Notes under the pieces: generated by a model | What the model was told of the DNA's origin: nothing | The model's input: only the letters and a program-made list of their open reading frames with translations | Databases searched by the model: none | Assembly (NCBI GenBank): GCA_038087875.1 | Contig: CM075977.1 | Span: forward strand, 23,498,001 to 23,562,000 | DNA: 64,000 nt | Source of the DNA: Malacoraja senta | Lineage: Eukaryota | Direction of reading: 5' to 3' | In this document: positions 1 through 13,352 of the stretch, piece after piece | How positions within the stretch are numbered: the stretch's first letter is position 1 | Layout: every line of letters starts with the position of its first letter | Made by a program: the position numbers and the translations under genes

Positions 1-568
1 GGTGATGTTTTGGGTCAAGACCCTTCTTCAGATTGAATGAGAGGGGAGCAGGAGTTACGGAGATAAGGAAGGGAAAGAGATAAATGTATAATAGACCATT
101 GTTGGCTAGGAGGTGACAACAAAGCAAACAGAGATAAAATGGATCTGAAGAAGCGTTTCGGCCCGAAACATTGCCTATTTCCTTCGCTCCATAGATGCTG
201 CAGCACCCGCGGAGTTTCTCCAGCACTTTTGTCTACCAGAGATAAAATGGAATCAGGGGGACAGTCAGGCTGGTCGGAGAACTGGGAAGGGGGAGGAATG
301 AAGAAAGAGGGAAAGCAAGAGTTGCTTGAAGTTAGAGAGCTCAATATTCATAGCACTGGGATGTAAGCTGCCCAAGCAAAATATGAGGTGCTGTTCCTCC
401 AATTTGCGCTGGGCCTCACTCTGACAATGGAGGAAGCCCAGGACGGAAAGGTCAGTGTGCAAATGGGAAGGGGAGTTAAAGTGTTTAGCAACCAGGATAT
501 TAGGTAGGTTCAGGCGGACTGAACAGAAGTGTTCCGCGAAACAATCGCTGAGCCTGCGCTTCATCATT
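1..568 (-). mobile_element. Penelope-like element remnant (C-terminus of the GIY-YIG region plus terminal repeat)
   Basis: ORF 265-567 reads RRLSDCFAEH...VAKHFNSPSH...RKLEEQHLIFCLGSLHP..MNIELSNFK; decayed hammerhead at 1-34. Confidence 0.8.
144..236 (+). mobile_element. ~93-bp hammerhead-bearing mini-element inserted into a Penelope-like remnant
   Basis: 15-bp TSD CAGAGATAAAATGGA (129-143 and 237-251); core CTGAAGAAGCGTTTCGGCCCGAAACATT is slightly decayed. Confidence 0.85.
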
Positions 569-1462
569 TAAATCTAGTTTGTAAAACACATATTGCCTAC
601 AGCCTTTGGTCTCTACTACAATGCCACAGTTATAACTGGTGAATTCCAGTCATTTTATAGACTGCAACATTTTCATAACTGGGATTATTTTTTATGCAGA
701 AAAACATGTGATGATAATTAAACTTGTGTGAACTGTATTCAGGCTGAGTGCTAGAAGTATGATATAAAGTAATTACTGTTATCATTTCTGTCCATTCAAC
801 CTATTAATTGCTGATTTATTTAGTGGTTTGCAGGTTAGAACATGATATCCAGCGCCTGTGCTTAATTTACAGCACAAATCATGAGTCAGCTACTGGAGGG
901 CAAAATGAATTACTGAAACAAATCAGCCCCGTTCCAATGAATGACAGATTGGATGAGGATATTAATAGGTGTTGCTGTTGAAGTTTTTCTACAGGTATGC
1001 CATAATGTTTGCAGACCTCAGCACTATATAGTGCCTTGTATCCTTACACTTCAACAGTTGATTCAGACTCAAAATATGGACTCGTTGGTCCACCTATTGG
1101 CAAAATAGTGTAATGGAACTAGTTGTCACTCGGTACAAGTGGTATTTAAACTCTGACATTTTATGCTTTGCATTGAGCGTGGAAAACCTGATTCTTTCTC
1201 TCTTAATCATTGATTCGATAAGCATTCCCACCCCTTTTCTTTCATAGAACTGATACTCAACAGTCCATCTTTTATCCATCAGAAGGATATGAAGTTAACA
1301 GAACAGTGTTAAATCTATGAATTGCAAATAGTACTTAACGGCACCTGAAACAGCATAAATCACTTGAAGTCTGGACTTAGTTCGATGTGATAACAGAAAA
1401 ACGTTAGAAATTTTGGTCTGCTAAATCTGAAAAGTTTTTTTATTTTATTTTGTATGACGTGA

Positions 1463-2407
1463 TCAAAGTAACATTAGCACATTAGCAGATGAAACAAAGC
1501 TGGGTGGCAGTGTCAACTGTGAGGAGGATGCTATGAGAATGCAGGGTGACTTGGACAGGTTGGGGGAGTGGGCAGATGCATGGCACATGAAGTTTAATGC
1601 GGATAAATGTTAGGTTATCCACTTTGGTAGCAAAAACAGGAAGGCAGATTACGATCTAAATGGCGTCGTTGGGAAAAGGGGAAGTACAACGGGATCTGGG
1701 GGTCCTTGTACATCAGTCTATGAAAGTAAGCATGCAGGTACAGCAGGCAGTGAAGAAAGCGAATGGCATGTTGGCCTTTATAACAAGAGGAATCGAATAT
1801 AGGAGCAAAGAGGTCCTTCTGCAGTTGTACAGAGCCCTAGTGAGACCACACCTGGAATATTGTGTGCAATTTTGGTCCCCTAATTTGAGGAAGGACATTC
1901 TTGCTATTGAGGGAGTGCAGCGTAGGTTTACAAGGTTAATTCCCGGGATGGCGGGACTGTCATATGCTGACAGAATGGAGCAGCTGGGCTTGTACACTCT
2001 GGAGTTTAGAAGGATGAGAGGGATTCTCATTGAAACATATAAGATTGTTAAGGGCTTGGACACACTAGAGGCAGGAAACATGTTCCCGATGTTGGGGGAG
2101 TCCAGAACCAGGGGCCACAGTTTAAGAATAAGGAGTAACCCATTTAGAACGGAGACGAGGAAACACTTTTTCTCACAGAGAGTGGTGAGTCTGTGGAATT
2201 GTCTGCCTCCGAGGGCGGTGGAGACAGGTTCTCTGGATGCTTTCAAGAGAGAGCTAGATAGAGCTCTTAAAAAATAGCGGAGTCAGGGGATATGGGGAGA
2301 AGGCAGGAACGGGGTACTGATTGGGGATGATTAGCCATGATCACATTGAATGGTGGTGCTGGCTTGAAGGGCCAAATGGCCTACTCCTGCACCTATTGTC
2401 TATTGTC
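1463..2407 (+). mobile_element. CR1 LINE, 5'-truncated (CTATTGT-tail subfamily)
   Basis: ORF2 C-terminus DLGVLVH...LVRPHLEYCVQFWSP...RTRGHSL; 3' end CCTACTCCTGCACCTATTGTCTATTGTC. Confidence 0.92.
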
Positions 2408-2733
2408 AAATTGGTATAACACGTCTGTTTTTAACAGCAGTGAAAAGTGTTGTACGTTTGACTAAATTTTTGGGTGTGTAATTCACTTTCCCATTTCTTC
2501 ATGTCTTTCCAAAGGTATGACATATATTGTGCTTGCCTACTGTTAATGTTGTTAAGCGCTATTTCTTTGCAGAGTGCTAGGGTAACTCGGGCTGTCAGGC
2601 ACAGCACCTAGCCTGCTCTTATTGACAAAATTAGGCTGGATTAAAGTATAGCTCAATGATGTGCTTGTAACTGATGGCAGCATCAACAGATGCACAATTT
2701 ATTTGTTGCATTTAAATTACAGACTGAGGATCA

Positions 2734-3222
2734 TCTATACTATTACTAAAACTCTCATCTTGACCACTTCCGGTTGGTGTTTTTTTAAATGTACGCAAAA
2801 ACGGTAACCTATATCACCAGGCTTTTTTGTCACCTTACTCACCGTTCTCCTCGGCTCCAAGCGCACCAAGTTTTGTTCCGATCGGTGAAATATTAGAAAA
2901 GTTATGAAAGTTTAAAGAATCGTGAGATCAGCAGATTGGTCATCTCGCATGTCTGTCACCATGAAGGTAATGCCCCTTCCGGCACCCATGGAGAAAAAAT
3001 CCCCGGAGGCGGGGCTGAGTCTGTGAGCAGTGTGTTAGGTTGAACTGGAAGCCTCTGAGTGAAGTCGGAGGCTGTTGCATGACCTGAAGGTGCAGGGTGA
3101 GCAGAGTGCAAGGTGCGTCTGCTGCGACCAACCCCCCTCCCCCCTACACCCCCTTCCCGCATCCCCACCCCCCTTCACCCACTCCCCCTCCCACACCCTC
3201 CCTTCACTCATCCCCCTTAGGT
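2734..3222 (+). mobile_element. Helitron-family 5' fragment
   Basis: A|TCTATACTATTACTAAAACTCTCATCTTGACCACTTCC head shared with the other copies; no CTAG end seen. Confidence 0.6.
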
Positions 3223-6200
3223 ATGTATGGAAAAAAATGTGCCCAGGTCATTTATTGCTGTCACCAGAAATATCTTTATATTAAAAAATAATGGTTGAAA
3301 ATTTAGTATCCAATTATTTGAAACTTAATCCTTTTCTAAAACTAAAAATAATGTATAAGTGATGCAATGTTTTAAACCAGAATATGCTATTCCGTTTAAA
3401 TTATTTATCAAGATCCACCGGAATTTTCCAAAATTGGATTATTTCTGTTAATGGACTGCATTGTGGCACTGTTTGTCCTTTCACCCTTTATTTTTTTATT
3501 TTTAGTGAGTTAAAAGTGTTTGTTTTGGAGATCTAATATTTTTTATGTGGGGTTGTGTTTTGGAGGTCTAATCTTTTTTATGTGGGAGGTGAGGGGGGGG
3601 GGGGGGGAGGGGAAACAGTTTTTCTCAGTTCTTACCTGGTTGGAGATGCAGCTTTTCTCTGAGCTGTATCTTCGCCCCTTCCTCGCGGCCTACCAACGGG
3701 ACTGGAGCAGCGTTTTCTGCCGGGACCGGCCAGGGCTTTAGCTTCGGTGGCGGCACAGCGCTGAAGCACCATCACAGAGTGGGCGATGCCTTACCCGGGT
3801 CGCCGTGCGGTGGGCTCCGGAGTGCTGAGACCGCCGACTCCAACATCGCGGAGCTGCGGTCTGTGGAGCGTCCAGCTGCGGGGCGGCGCTGAACTTTAAC
3901 CACCGCGGAGCCTGGGATCTCTCGCCGAGATTGCCAGTGTCAGAGCTCCGACCAGCTTCGGGAGCCGCAGTCTCCGGGGAGGAAGAGGCCGTTCCAGACA
4001 CTCCAAGCCGCTGAGAGGGTTCTGCCGATACCAGAGTTCCATCATCCGGCGAGAGGGCCTGAAGCATCGGACTGCATTAGCGACGACTGCAGAGGCCTCA
4101 ATAGGCCAGACTATGGGTGAACAGGGGATAGGACTGGACTTTGCTGCCTTCCCTCACAGTGGGAACCATTGTGGGGGAATGTTTTTTTTGTTTTGTTTAT
4201 TGTTAAATTCTTTAATGTTGTGTCTTATTTTTATTGGTGTGCTGCAAATGGCAAGTCTCTGAATTACCCTGAGGGGATTAATATATGAATTACCCTGGGG
4301 GGGGTTATCTATCTATCTATCTATCTCAGTACAGCTTTGACCCCAAAATAATCGACAGCTGCACATCTGCACTAAGCTGGCAGTCTCCTCATGGGGACCG
4401 CTTCAATGGGGAAGCACTAACTTCCATTAATTTTGCTGCTCTCGGGCTATGTTATATGCCCACTCAGGAAGAAGCAATGTGATTCAGAATGAGGCAGACA
4501 GCAGAAGAACTGTCCTGTTAATTGTTACATTAAAAGTATGCAAAGTTGAGGATATACAAGGAAGCATCAAGATGTTAAAAAGCTGCAATGTTGTGAATAC
4601 AGTTCATTTAGCAAGCTTGCACTTTGATAAAACACAGACTGTGTGTGCTTTGAGCTAAATAACAGCAATTTAATGCATTAGGCAAATATGAGGCAATCAA
4701 GTACTTAAAATTGTCAGGCAGATTCAGAAAAGTCAATGAGTCACCAAGTGTGATATGAAATGCTCAAGCGTATGAATGAGATCTAGAATTTAGACAACAT
4801 TGCCACCCAAGATGGAATAATTACCAATGCATGCTTTAACATTGTGGGTTCATGTCCTTTGCAAAGAAATGTGTACAAAACACTATGTTGATACATCGGC
4901 ACAGAACTGAGGCAGCTCTGCGCTGTCAGAGGTACTGTCCATTGGATGAGACATTAAGACAAAGCTTCTAAAAGAACAAGACACTTATCCTCCATATTTT
5001 TGCCTAATTGTAACTCTCAACTGACATCAGAAAACAGGAAAGATGTGAGTCTTTCTTTTTATTTTAAAAACAATCCTTATCACTGTCACAGAGGTATGAC
5101 ATATGAATGTGTCACATTTTAACAGATTACAGGATTTCCTTTGGATACCGACTTAAAAGCATAACATTCTGTCAGGATAACAATTCTGCTATCATGCAAT
5201 AACCTTATGGAGTCGACTACTTTAACACTGAGGTCTTAATGGCCAAGGTCTGTATCACTGAGGTCTCATGTTAGAGAGGTGAACAGATTGAATTAATATC
5301 CATCGGCCAAGCGCAGTGTAATTTATGAAATTCTATTCCGGGAATGTTCATTATATAAATAATGGCATTCAGCAAAATCTTGCACATTTTTCACACGATG
5401 CTGAATAAAAATAAATACAAAAGGAATTTTCTCCCTCCATGATATATCTTGCATCTGACGTATGATTAGCCATGACTCCATGCATACAATCCCATGCAAA
5501 TGACAAACTATCCATCCACCTGTCTTGTCACCACCTCCTGCCCCATCTGCAGAAGAGTCTGTAGTTCCCAAGTTGGCCTCCTCAGTCACCTCAAACCCCA
5601 TAGAAGTGGGATGGAGGTAAATTCTTCTCAATGCAGAATGTCTGCCAAATGAGGAGATACAGATGTGTGTATAAGAGACACAATTATTAAAGAGAAACAG
5701 ATGTAGAAGGACATTTTATTTTAGCATTCTGTTAACCAGAACAATGTCTATATATGTTTTGTTCAATTGTAGATAACATGAAAATGAAATGAAAATGTGG
5801 CAAATATTAGCATGGAGGTAAAAGCTTAACATTAAAGGCTTCAGGTCAGGGTATAGTCATAAAGTGGCTCAAATAAAATAGCAAACACAATCATAAAACT
5901 CCTTCAGGAGGGAAAGGGGTCATGGTTAAATGATGGTGTGGATATTTTCAGTCAGGGGTCTCCAATGTAAGGACGCAGATGATTATAGTTCTCCCCGAAA
6001 CAAAGGAGTGAAATTCCAAACTAAGAAGGTTTGGAACTAGACAATAAATTGAACATCTTTCACTCCATGCTGGCCTAAATTAGGATCATCTCACTTGAAA
6101 ATTGGCTTTATTTATTTTGTATTGACACAAATTCAGCGTTGTGCATTCAAGACTTGAAATATCTTTCAAAAGCTTGCTTGGTATTGTTTATAGGATGAAT

Positions 6201-7185
6201 ATGAAAAGAATTTGAAGACAAAGATAAGATGGGCCTATAACAAAAGATGACTGGCATGAACAGCTGGGAAAGAGGTTCAGGGAAGGCACAGGGAGCAAAA
6301 GGTCATTTTGTTTTCATTAATCATAGTTTCTTGGCTTTTTTGAACTCCCAGCTAAGTGAGTGTAATTAGCAATATATTGAATACTTTATCAGTGATTTTA
6401 AAGTAAACTAGATCCAAATGAAGTTATATAAATTCCTGTTCAAGGAAGGTTGAGGAATGTTGTTTAGTTAGGGAGATAATCACACATTTAGCTTCTGGTG
6501 CCCTTTGTTCTCTTTTACTATCTTTGATTCTTCTGGGAGAGTGCTTTCTGTATTTCTCTACATCCCTTGTCGGTGGCATGTATTGGCATATACAGCAATG
6601 CCACTGAAATGCAATTTTTGCTGAATTTCTGCTAGTTACGATTGTGGTACCATTTTTGTTATTGGTTATGTATCTGTTGCTTAGCTTGGTTCTGGACTAG
6701 TATCTATGGTTTCTTATTGAAACCAATGAAATGAAATTCATCTGTAATTCTGATTCATCCGATGGGCCATGAGTGACAAGTCTTTAACTTTCACGACGAT
6801 ACGTATGCATTCTTCCAATAAATATGTTATTGTTGATTTGGTAGCGGTTTGTCATCCTAACATGAACAAGTGTTACACTTCAAATATTCACCTATGTTTT
6901 GATTTTGAAACAAGGACAAGTGCGTACCATTCTGCATGTATATGTGGATCTTGTATTGTTTAAAGAAAAACGTTTGCCGTCAAAGATCTAACCTATCACA
7001 TTGAGGGAAAGACAGTAAAAAAGCATTGATCATTATTGTTTTACACCTTCTCCTCCAGCTGTATTTCAAAGGGTGACTTTTGAATACATCTGATCTTTTC
7101 TTTTAAAACCAGGGGAAAGTAAATGTTGTCCAGTCTGGATTTTTTGTTTGTTTGCTTGAAAAGCAAGTTGTGGGTTATCAAGTAT

Positions 7186-7531
7186 TGGAAGGAACTGCAG
7201 ATGCTGGTTTAAACCGAAGATAGACACAAAATCCTGAAGTAACTCAGCAGGACAGGCAGCATCTCTGGAGAGAAGGAATGGGTGACGTTTTGGGTCGAGA
7301 CCCTTCTTCAGACTAGTCAGGGGAAAGGGAAACAAAAGATATAGACTGTGACATGGAGGGATATAGAACAAATGAATGAAAGATGTGCAAAAAATGTAAC
7401 AACGATAAAGGAAACAGGCCATTGTTAGTTGTTGGCTAGGAGATCGGGAACCTGGTGTAACTTGGGTGGGGGAGGGTTGGAGAGAGAGTGGGAGTGCAGG
7501 GGTTACTTGAAGTTAGAGAAATCAATATTCA
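7186..7531 (-). mobile_element. Penelope-like 3' remnant with hammerhead repeat
   Basis: ORF end MNIDFSNFK* near 7503-7531, followed on the minus strand by CTGAAGAAGGGTCTCGACCCAAAACGTCACC (7281-7313). Confidence 0.8.
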
Positions 7532-8744
7532 TCAAGTTATCATGTTACCTTCTTGATGCTGTAAGGTCATGTCAGTCCATAAAACATTTTTACTGGTGTT
7601 AGATCTCAGCTGCCATGTAATGAATAATATTCAGACAGACACGCACATACTAGTGAGGAGAGAACTGCCTGCTTCTATCATTTGCTAATTTAAAAGCACA
7701 ATTTTGCAGTCTGAATGAACATAAAATTGATGAAGATGGATCAGATCATTTGACTTCAAAGTTTAATGCTAAATTTGTGTGGGCAATAACACTACTCCAG
7801 ATATGTGTCACCCGGTCTTATACAATAACATAAATAATCTGTCATGACATTATGCTCAAGAGTTCAGGTCCATCAGGAATCTGTTGTTCTTTTAGCATGT
7901 GATTAGTAGGTTATGATGTGCATGAAGCTATAATGTGAAATATGTCTATCGTCCTGAAACCCTGTTCCAATTTTAGATATAAAAGTTCCAGCAAATGTTA
8001 TTTCATAAAATTTCCTTTTGAGAGGACTCTAGCCATTAAGGAACACCGCCCACCAGGCCAAAATACATTACCTGGGAATTTCAAGAATCTAATGTAATTT
8101 TACACCAAACTTTCAGTGGATCGTCGACTCAGCAACATTATAGCTATTTTATTGCTTTATAGAAACTTGCATTTCTCTTCATTAAGACATGTAGGTTAAT
8201 TCATTGTGCAAAACAATTGCAAAGTTTGCATGATTACATTTTCTTGGGAGCTTTTGAAGTTTAACTTTTTGTGATTAAAAAATGGAGGTAGATTATGGGA
8301 AGAATTCTATTACTTTGCTTGGATATTCATAATTCACACTGGTTTGTATGTGTACAATAAAAATATTTTCAAATATTTCCATTCTGCTGCTAATATGGCC
8401 AGAAATTGTTGTCATCCCTGGTTGTTAATGCCTTTCAGGAAATTCCAGGCCATGAAGAGATAAAGGACTAATTAGCAATCTTGTGAGGAGATGCTTGGCG
8501 AGGGACAATGATAAAATTATACCATGCAGTTGATTCTGGAATTAAATAAAGGAAACTACGATATGAGAGTTGGCTAAGGTAGGTCAGGGTGTGCTACTTA
8601 TTCGGTTGTTGGTGGGTTGGTGAGGCCAAACACTTAAGCAGCACATGGATGAACTATAAAACAAATTCTTCCAGCCTACCATTTATACTGGGATCCAGTT
8701 TGTCCTTTGGTGCACTCCAAAAATATTAAACACCTGGGTAAAAC

Positions 8745-9160
8745 ACATAGAACATATATATACAGTATAAGAAAAGGCCCTTTATCCCACAAATAGCTGT
8801 CAAAATAATCTCCTCTGTCTGCATGTGATCCACATCCATCCATTCCCTGCATATCCATATGACTATCTGAAAGCTTCTTAAATGCCACTATCTATCTGCC
8901 TCCGCCACCACCCCAGGCAACACATTCCAGACACCCACCACTACCTGTATAAAAACCTTTCCCCTCGCATCTCCTTTAAATTTTGCCCCTCTCATCTTAA
9001 AGCCATGGCCTGTTGTGTGACATTTAGGTGTGTCTAGGTGACATTTCCACACTGTTCTGACTATCAACCCTTTCATAATTTGATATACTTCGGTCAAGAT
9101 TTCCCTCAACCTCTGATGTTCCAGGGAAAATAATCCAAGTCTGTCCAACCTCATTAAATA
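8745..9160 (-). mobile_element. Old CR1 3' fragment
   Basis: RLDRLGLFSLEHQRLR...EVYQIMKG. Similar old fragments lie at about 15780-15965(+), 24240-24560(-), 26080-26360(-) and 50840-51640(-). Confidence 0.7.
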
Positions 9161-9164
9161 GCTA

Positions 9165-11711
9165 ATTAGACAAAGTGGGACCCTTTGGGCAGCTCATTTC
9201 CCCTCATCCCTCCCCCTCCTCTTCATCCTCCCTCTTCTTTCCCCTCTCCTCCTTCCCTACCACACCTCTCCTTTCCCCTACCCTCAGTCACTCCCTCTAT
9301 AACTCATCTCCCCTCCCTACCCCCATCCTATCCCTCTATCCCCCATCTCCCCCACTCCTCACCTCCCCTAATCCCCCCACTATCCCTCCTGACCTCCCCA
9401 CAGCTCTCCTCGTCCACTATTCCCCACTTCCTACCTCCCCACTCCCCCATCCTCTCCCAATATTCCCCCTCTTCCCCACTATCCCTTCTCACCTCTGCCA
9501 CTTTCCTCCCTCTCCCTCCCTAGCCCCTCCTCTCCCTCAATCCCCCCACACTCCCTCATCACTTTCCCAGGATCTTTCCCCACTCTTCCTCCCCTCCCGA
9601 ATCCCTTCCTAACCTCCCTCTCCTTTCCCCTACCCTCAGTCACTCCCTCCCTCACTCCTCTCCCCTCCCTACCCTGTCCTATCCCTCGATCGCCCACCTC
9701 CCCCACTCCTCACCTCCTCTATCCCCCCACTCTCCCTCCTCATCTCCCCCATTTATCCCCTTTCCCTCCCTACCCCTCCTCTCCCTCAATCCCCCACACT
9801 CTCCCTCCTCACCTCCCCAGGATCTCGAGGTTGCAGAAGTCGGTCTCACAGTTGCTCACAGTCAGCCTCACAGTCGGTCAAGCTCTGAGCGACATAGCTC
9901 CAGCCGTGGTCCAGCTGCCGGTGATGCACAAACTCTGCACGTTCCGCTCCTTCAGCTTTATTCTCCCTGCCGGTGAGTGACAGAGGACCCAGCCAATCAG
10001 TTTGCCGATGGTGCGCCAGAAGGGGCGTTGCCGTCCCAGGTGACTGACAGGAGAGGAGACCAATCTGCATGGCAGTGAGTGGGAGGAGAGGAGACCAATC
10101 TGCGCATGTGCGTTTTTAAAGATTTTCAAACCTTAATCTATAAATTACTAAAAGTCTGATCTTGACCACTTCCTGTTGTTCTGTATATTGATTTTAGAAC
10201 AAAAGCTGCACCTTACGGCATGATTTTTGGCCATCTTACTCAGAGTCCCCCTCCGCTGTGCAGGACAAGAGGATTTTCCCCATTGATGAAAAATAAAAGA
10301 GTTATTATTGTTTAAAAAATGTTGAGATTCTCTCTCCTGAAGGCCACACCCCTTCCGCAGGGACTATAAAACCCGGAAGTTTTGAGTGCCTCAATCAGTC
10401 TCTGCAAGATAGGGGAATGAGAGGGTCACGTCTCTCAGTCTGAGCTGTGAATAACACTGAACACATGTCTACTAAACTGTGAGTGGTTTTACTGACCTGT
10501 CAATGCCCTTAATGTGGTTTGAAAATATAGTTTGGAAATGCTAAAGCTGTGTTGCCTTTGGTTTGGAAATGCTAAAGCTGTGTTGCCTTTTGTTTGGAAA
10601 TGCTACAGCTGTGTTGCCTTTGGTTTGGAAATGCTACAGCTGTGTTGCCTTTGGTTTGGAAATGCTACAGCTGTATTGCCTTATTAAAGTTGCCTTACCT
10701 AATTAAAATTGCCTTGCCTAATTAAAGTTGCCTTGCCTAATTAAAGTTGCCTTGCCTAATTAAAGTTGCCTTGCCTAATTATAGTTGCCTTGCCGAATTA
10801 AAGTTGCCTTGCCTTCTATATAATTAAAAGTCTAATCTTGACCACTTCCTGTTTGCGCTTTATATTGATTTTAGAAAAAAACGCTACCACTTACGGCTGT
10901 GATCTTTGGCCATCTTACTCAGAGTCCCCCTCCGCTCATCGGGTGTCGAGGATTATTCCCATAGATTAAAAATAAAAGAGTTATTAGTGTTTAGAAAATG
11001 TTGAGATTCTCTCTCCTGTCAATCATGCCATGAAGGCCACGCCCCTTCTGGTGGGAGGCGGGAGGGACTATAAAACCCAGAAGTGTGGGCATAGCTCAGT
11101 CTCTGCAAGATGCAGGAGGGAGAGGACACAACTCGCTGTCTTTAGTGGCCTTGCACCCTGCTTGAAATGGTATGAAACTGCACTTGAATTTGGTGGCCTT
11201 GCATCCTGCTTGAAGTGGTAAGAAACTGCACTTGAATTTGGTGGCCTTGCAACCTGCTTGAAATGGAATTTCAAGGAATAGCCGTGAGTCAACTGCCAGC
11301 CCACCAGCCGTGAGTGAGTGAGTTGCCAGCACAACAGGCTTGAGTGACTCAGCCGCCAGCCCAAGAATCCATTCAGCCTACAATGTCCATACTAGACCTC
11401 TGGAAACCAGTCCCTTCAGCCCACAACACCCATACTAGCACTCCAGAAAGCGCCCCCCCCCCCTCCCCACCCCACTGGCCACCAATATTGGAATTGGTGG
11501 AGAGGTGGAATGTTGCGTTGGGGGACCAGCCCTCCAGTGTGATGCTGGGACGCAACGGGTCCCACTGAGTCTAGTAACTTTTAAACTATACCATCAATTG
11601 GAACAAAACATGTTGCACTTGAGCACAGGAGAATGGTGAGTAAGGTGGCAAAAAATTGTAGCGGTATCGTAAACGGATTTTGCACAAATAAAAAAAACAC
11701 GCAAACCGGAA
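9165..11711 (-). mobile_element. Non-autonomous Helitron (host of the nested copy), running into a gap
   Basis: Decayed hairpin and CTAA end near 9165; C/T-rich tract 9195-9820; 11575-11711 is homologous to 13190-13320. Confidence 0.55.
10137..11574 (+). mobile_element. Composite non-autonomous Helitron (two 5' ends) nested in another Helitron
   Basis: A|TC at 10137, second TC head at 10815, hairpin plus CTAG|T at 11571-74; ~31-, 19- and ~50-bp tandem repeats inside. Confidence 0.78.
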
Positions 11712-11892
11712 NNNNNNNNNNNNNNNNNNNNNNNNNNNNNNNNNNNNNNNNNNNNNNNNNNNNNNNNNNNNNNNNNNNNNNNNNNNNNNNNNNNNNNNNN
11801 NNNNNNNNNNNNNNNNNNNNNNNNNNNNNNNNNNNNNNNNNNNNNNNNNNNNNNNNNNNNNNNNNNNNNNNNNNNNNNNNNNNNNNNNNNNN
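11712..11892. other. Assembly gap (others at 14221-14352 and 35718-35917)
   Basis: Runs of N. Confidence 1.
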
Positions 11893-12124
11893 TGGAATCC
11901 TGGTAAACATCTTCTTCACCCTTAATTGGTCAAAAAATTGATAAATGTAAGAGGAACACTTGGTATGTTTCATCTGGTTCATGACCATGTCATGGATTCA
12001 TTCCGGAAATATTTTTCTGCTATGCTTCAGCCCTTCTGCCAGTTGTTCATCTGTTCTAGAGGATTTGTTGTTATTCTGCTGTCAAGTGACCTTTTCAAAC
12101 ACTTGTGAAGAAGTAGAATAAAGA

Positions 12125-13352
12125 CTAGACTAAGTGAGACCCGTTGGGTCCCAGTCTCATTTGAGGCCTGGTCCCCAACCCAACCCATTCCCCAATGCAA
12201 TTTTCCACCACTCAACTGTTCCCCCAATGCAACGGTTGGAGCATTCTGTAGCTGGGGAGGGAGGGTGTGTGGGGGAGGGGGAGTGAAGGAGGGGTGGTGT
12301 GCGGGAGGGGGTGTGCGGGGGGGGGGTTGTGGGGGAGCGGGGTTGTAGGGGAGGGTGTGTGTGTTGGGGAGGGGTGTGTGTGGGGGAGAGGGTGTGTGGG
12401 GGAGGGGGTATGTGTGGGGGAGGGGGTATGTGTGGGGGAGGGGGTATGTGTGGGGGAGGGGGTATGTGTGGGGGAGGGGGGTGTATGGGGGAGGGGGGTG
12501 TATGGGGGAGGGAGGGGTGTATGGGGGAGGGGGGGTGTATGGGGGAGTGTATGGGGGAGTGTATGGGGGAGTGTATGGGGGAGTGTATGGGGGAGTGTAT
12601 GGGGGAGTGTATGGGGGAGTGTATGGGGGAGTGTATGGGGGAGTGTATGGGGGAGTGTATGGGGGAGTGTATGGGGGAGTGTATGGGGGAGTGTATGGGG
12701 GAGTGTATGGGGGAGTGTATGGGGGAGTGTATGGGGGAGTGTATGGGGGAGTGTATGGGGGAGTGTATGGGGGAGTGTATGGGGGAGTGTATGGGGGAGT
12801 GTATGGGGGAGTGTATGGGGGAGTGTATGGGGGAGTGTATGGGGGAGTGTATGGGGGAGTGTATGGGGGAGTGTATGGGGGAGTGTATGGGGGAGTGTAT
12901 GGGGGAGTGTATGGGGAGTGTATGGGGGAGTGTATGGGGGAGTGTATGGGAGGGGGGGGGTGTGGAGGGGCCAGCCTCCACCTGTGAACACAGCCAGCCC
13001 CCGCCTGTGAACACAGCCAGCCTGCGAACACAGCCAGCCCCCGCACGCGAACACAGCCAGCCCGCGAACACAGCCAGCCCCCGCCCACGGAACACAGCCC
13101 AGACTTCGCTCCTTCAGCTTTATGCCCGGTGCCGGTGATTGACAGCAGGTGCCGGAATGGACGTCGCCGTCGTGGCGAAAAACAGACAAATAACTTTTGA
13201 AATATTTCACCGATCGCAACAAAACTTGGTGCGCTTGGAGCAGAGGAGAACGCTAATGTGTCAAAAAATCCCAGCGACATAGGGTACCGTTTTTGCGTAA
13301 ATTTAAAAACAACGCAAACCTGAAGAGGACAAGATAAGAGTTTTAGTAATAA
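12125..13352 (-). mobile_element. Non-autonomous Helitron carrying a G-rich satellite
   Basis: Minus strand ends GGGACCCAACGGGTCTCACTTAGTCTAG|T; its head TATTACTAAAACTCTTATCTTG matches the + copy at 2734. Confidence 0.75.
12400..12950 (+). repeat. (GGGGGAGTGTAT)n 12-bp satellite, preceded by 18-bp variants
   Basis: Perfect tandem array of roughly 30 units from about 12540. Confidence 0.95.

Noticed and set aside
1713-2246. Recurrent antisense ORFs over CR1 copies
   Set aside because: They are shadow frames of the CR1 ORF2, repeated only because the element is repeated.
10520-10813. Regular ~31-bp and 19-bp repeats as a CRISPR array
   Set aside because: They are head-to-tail tandem repeats with no unique spacers, no cas genes, and a eukaryotic context.
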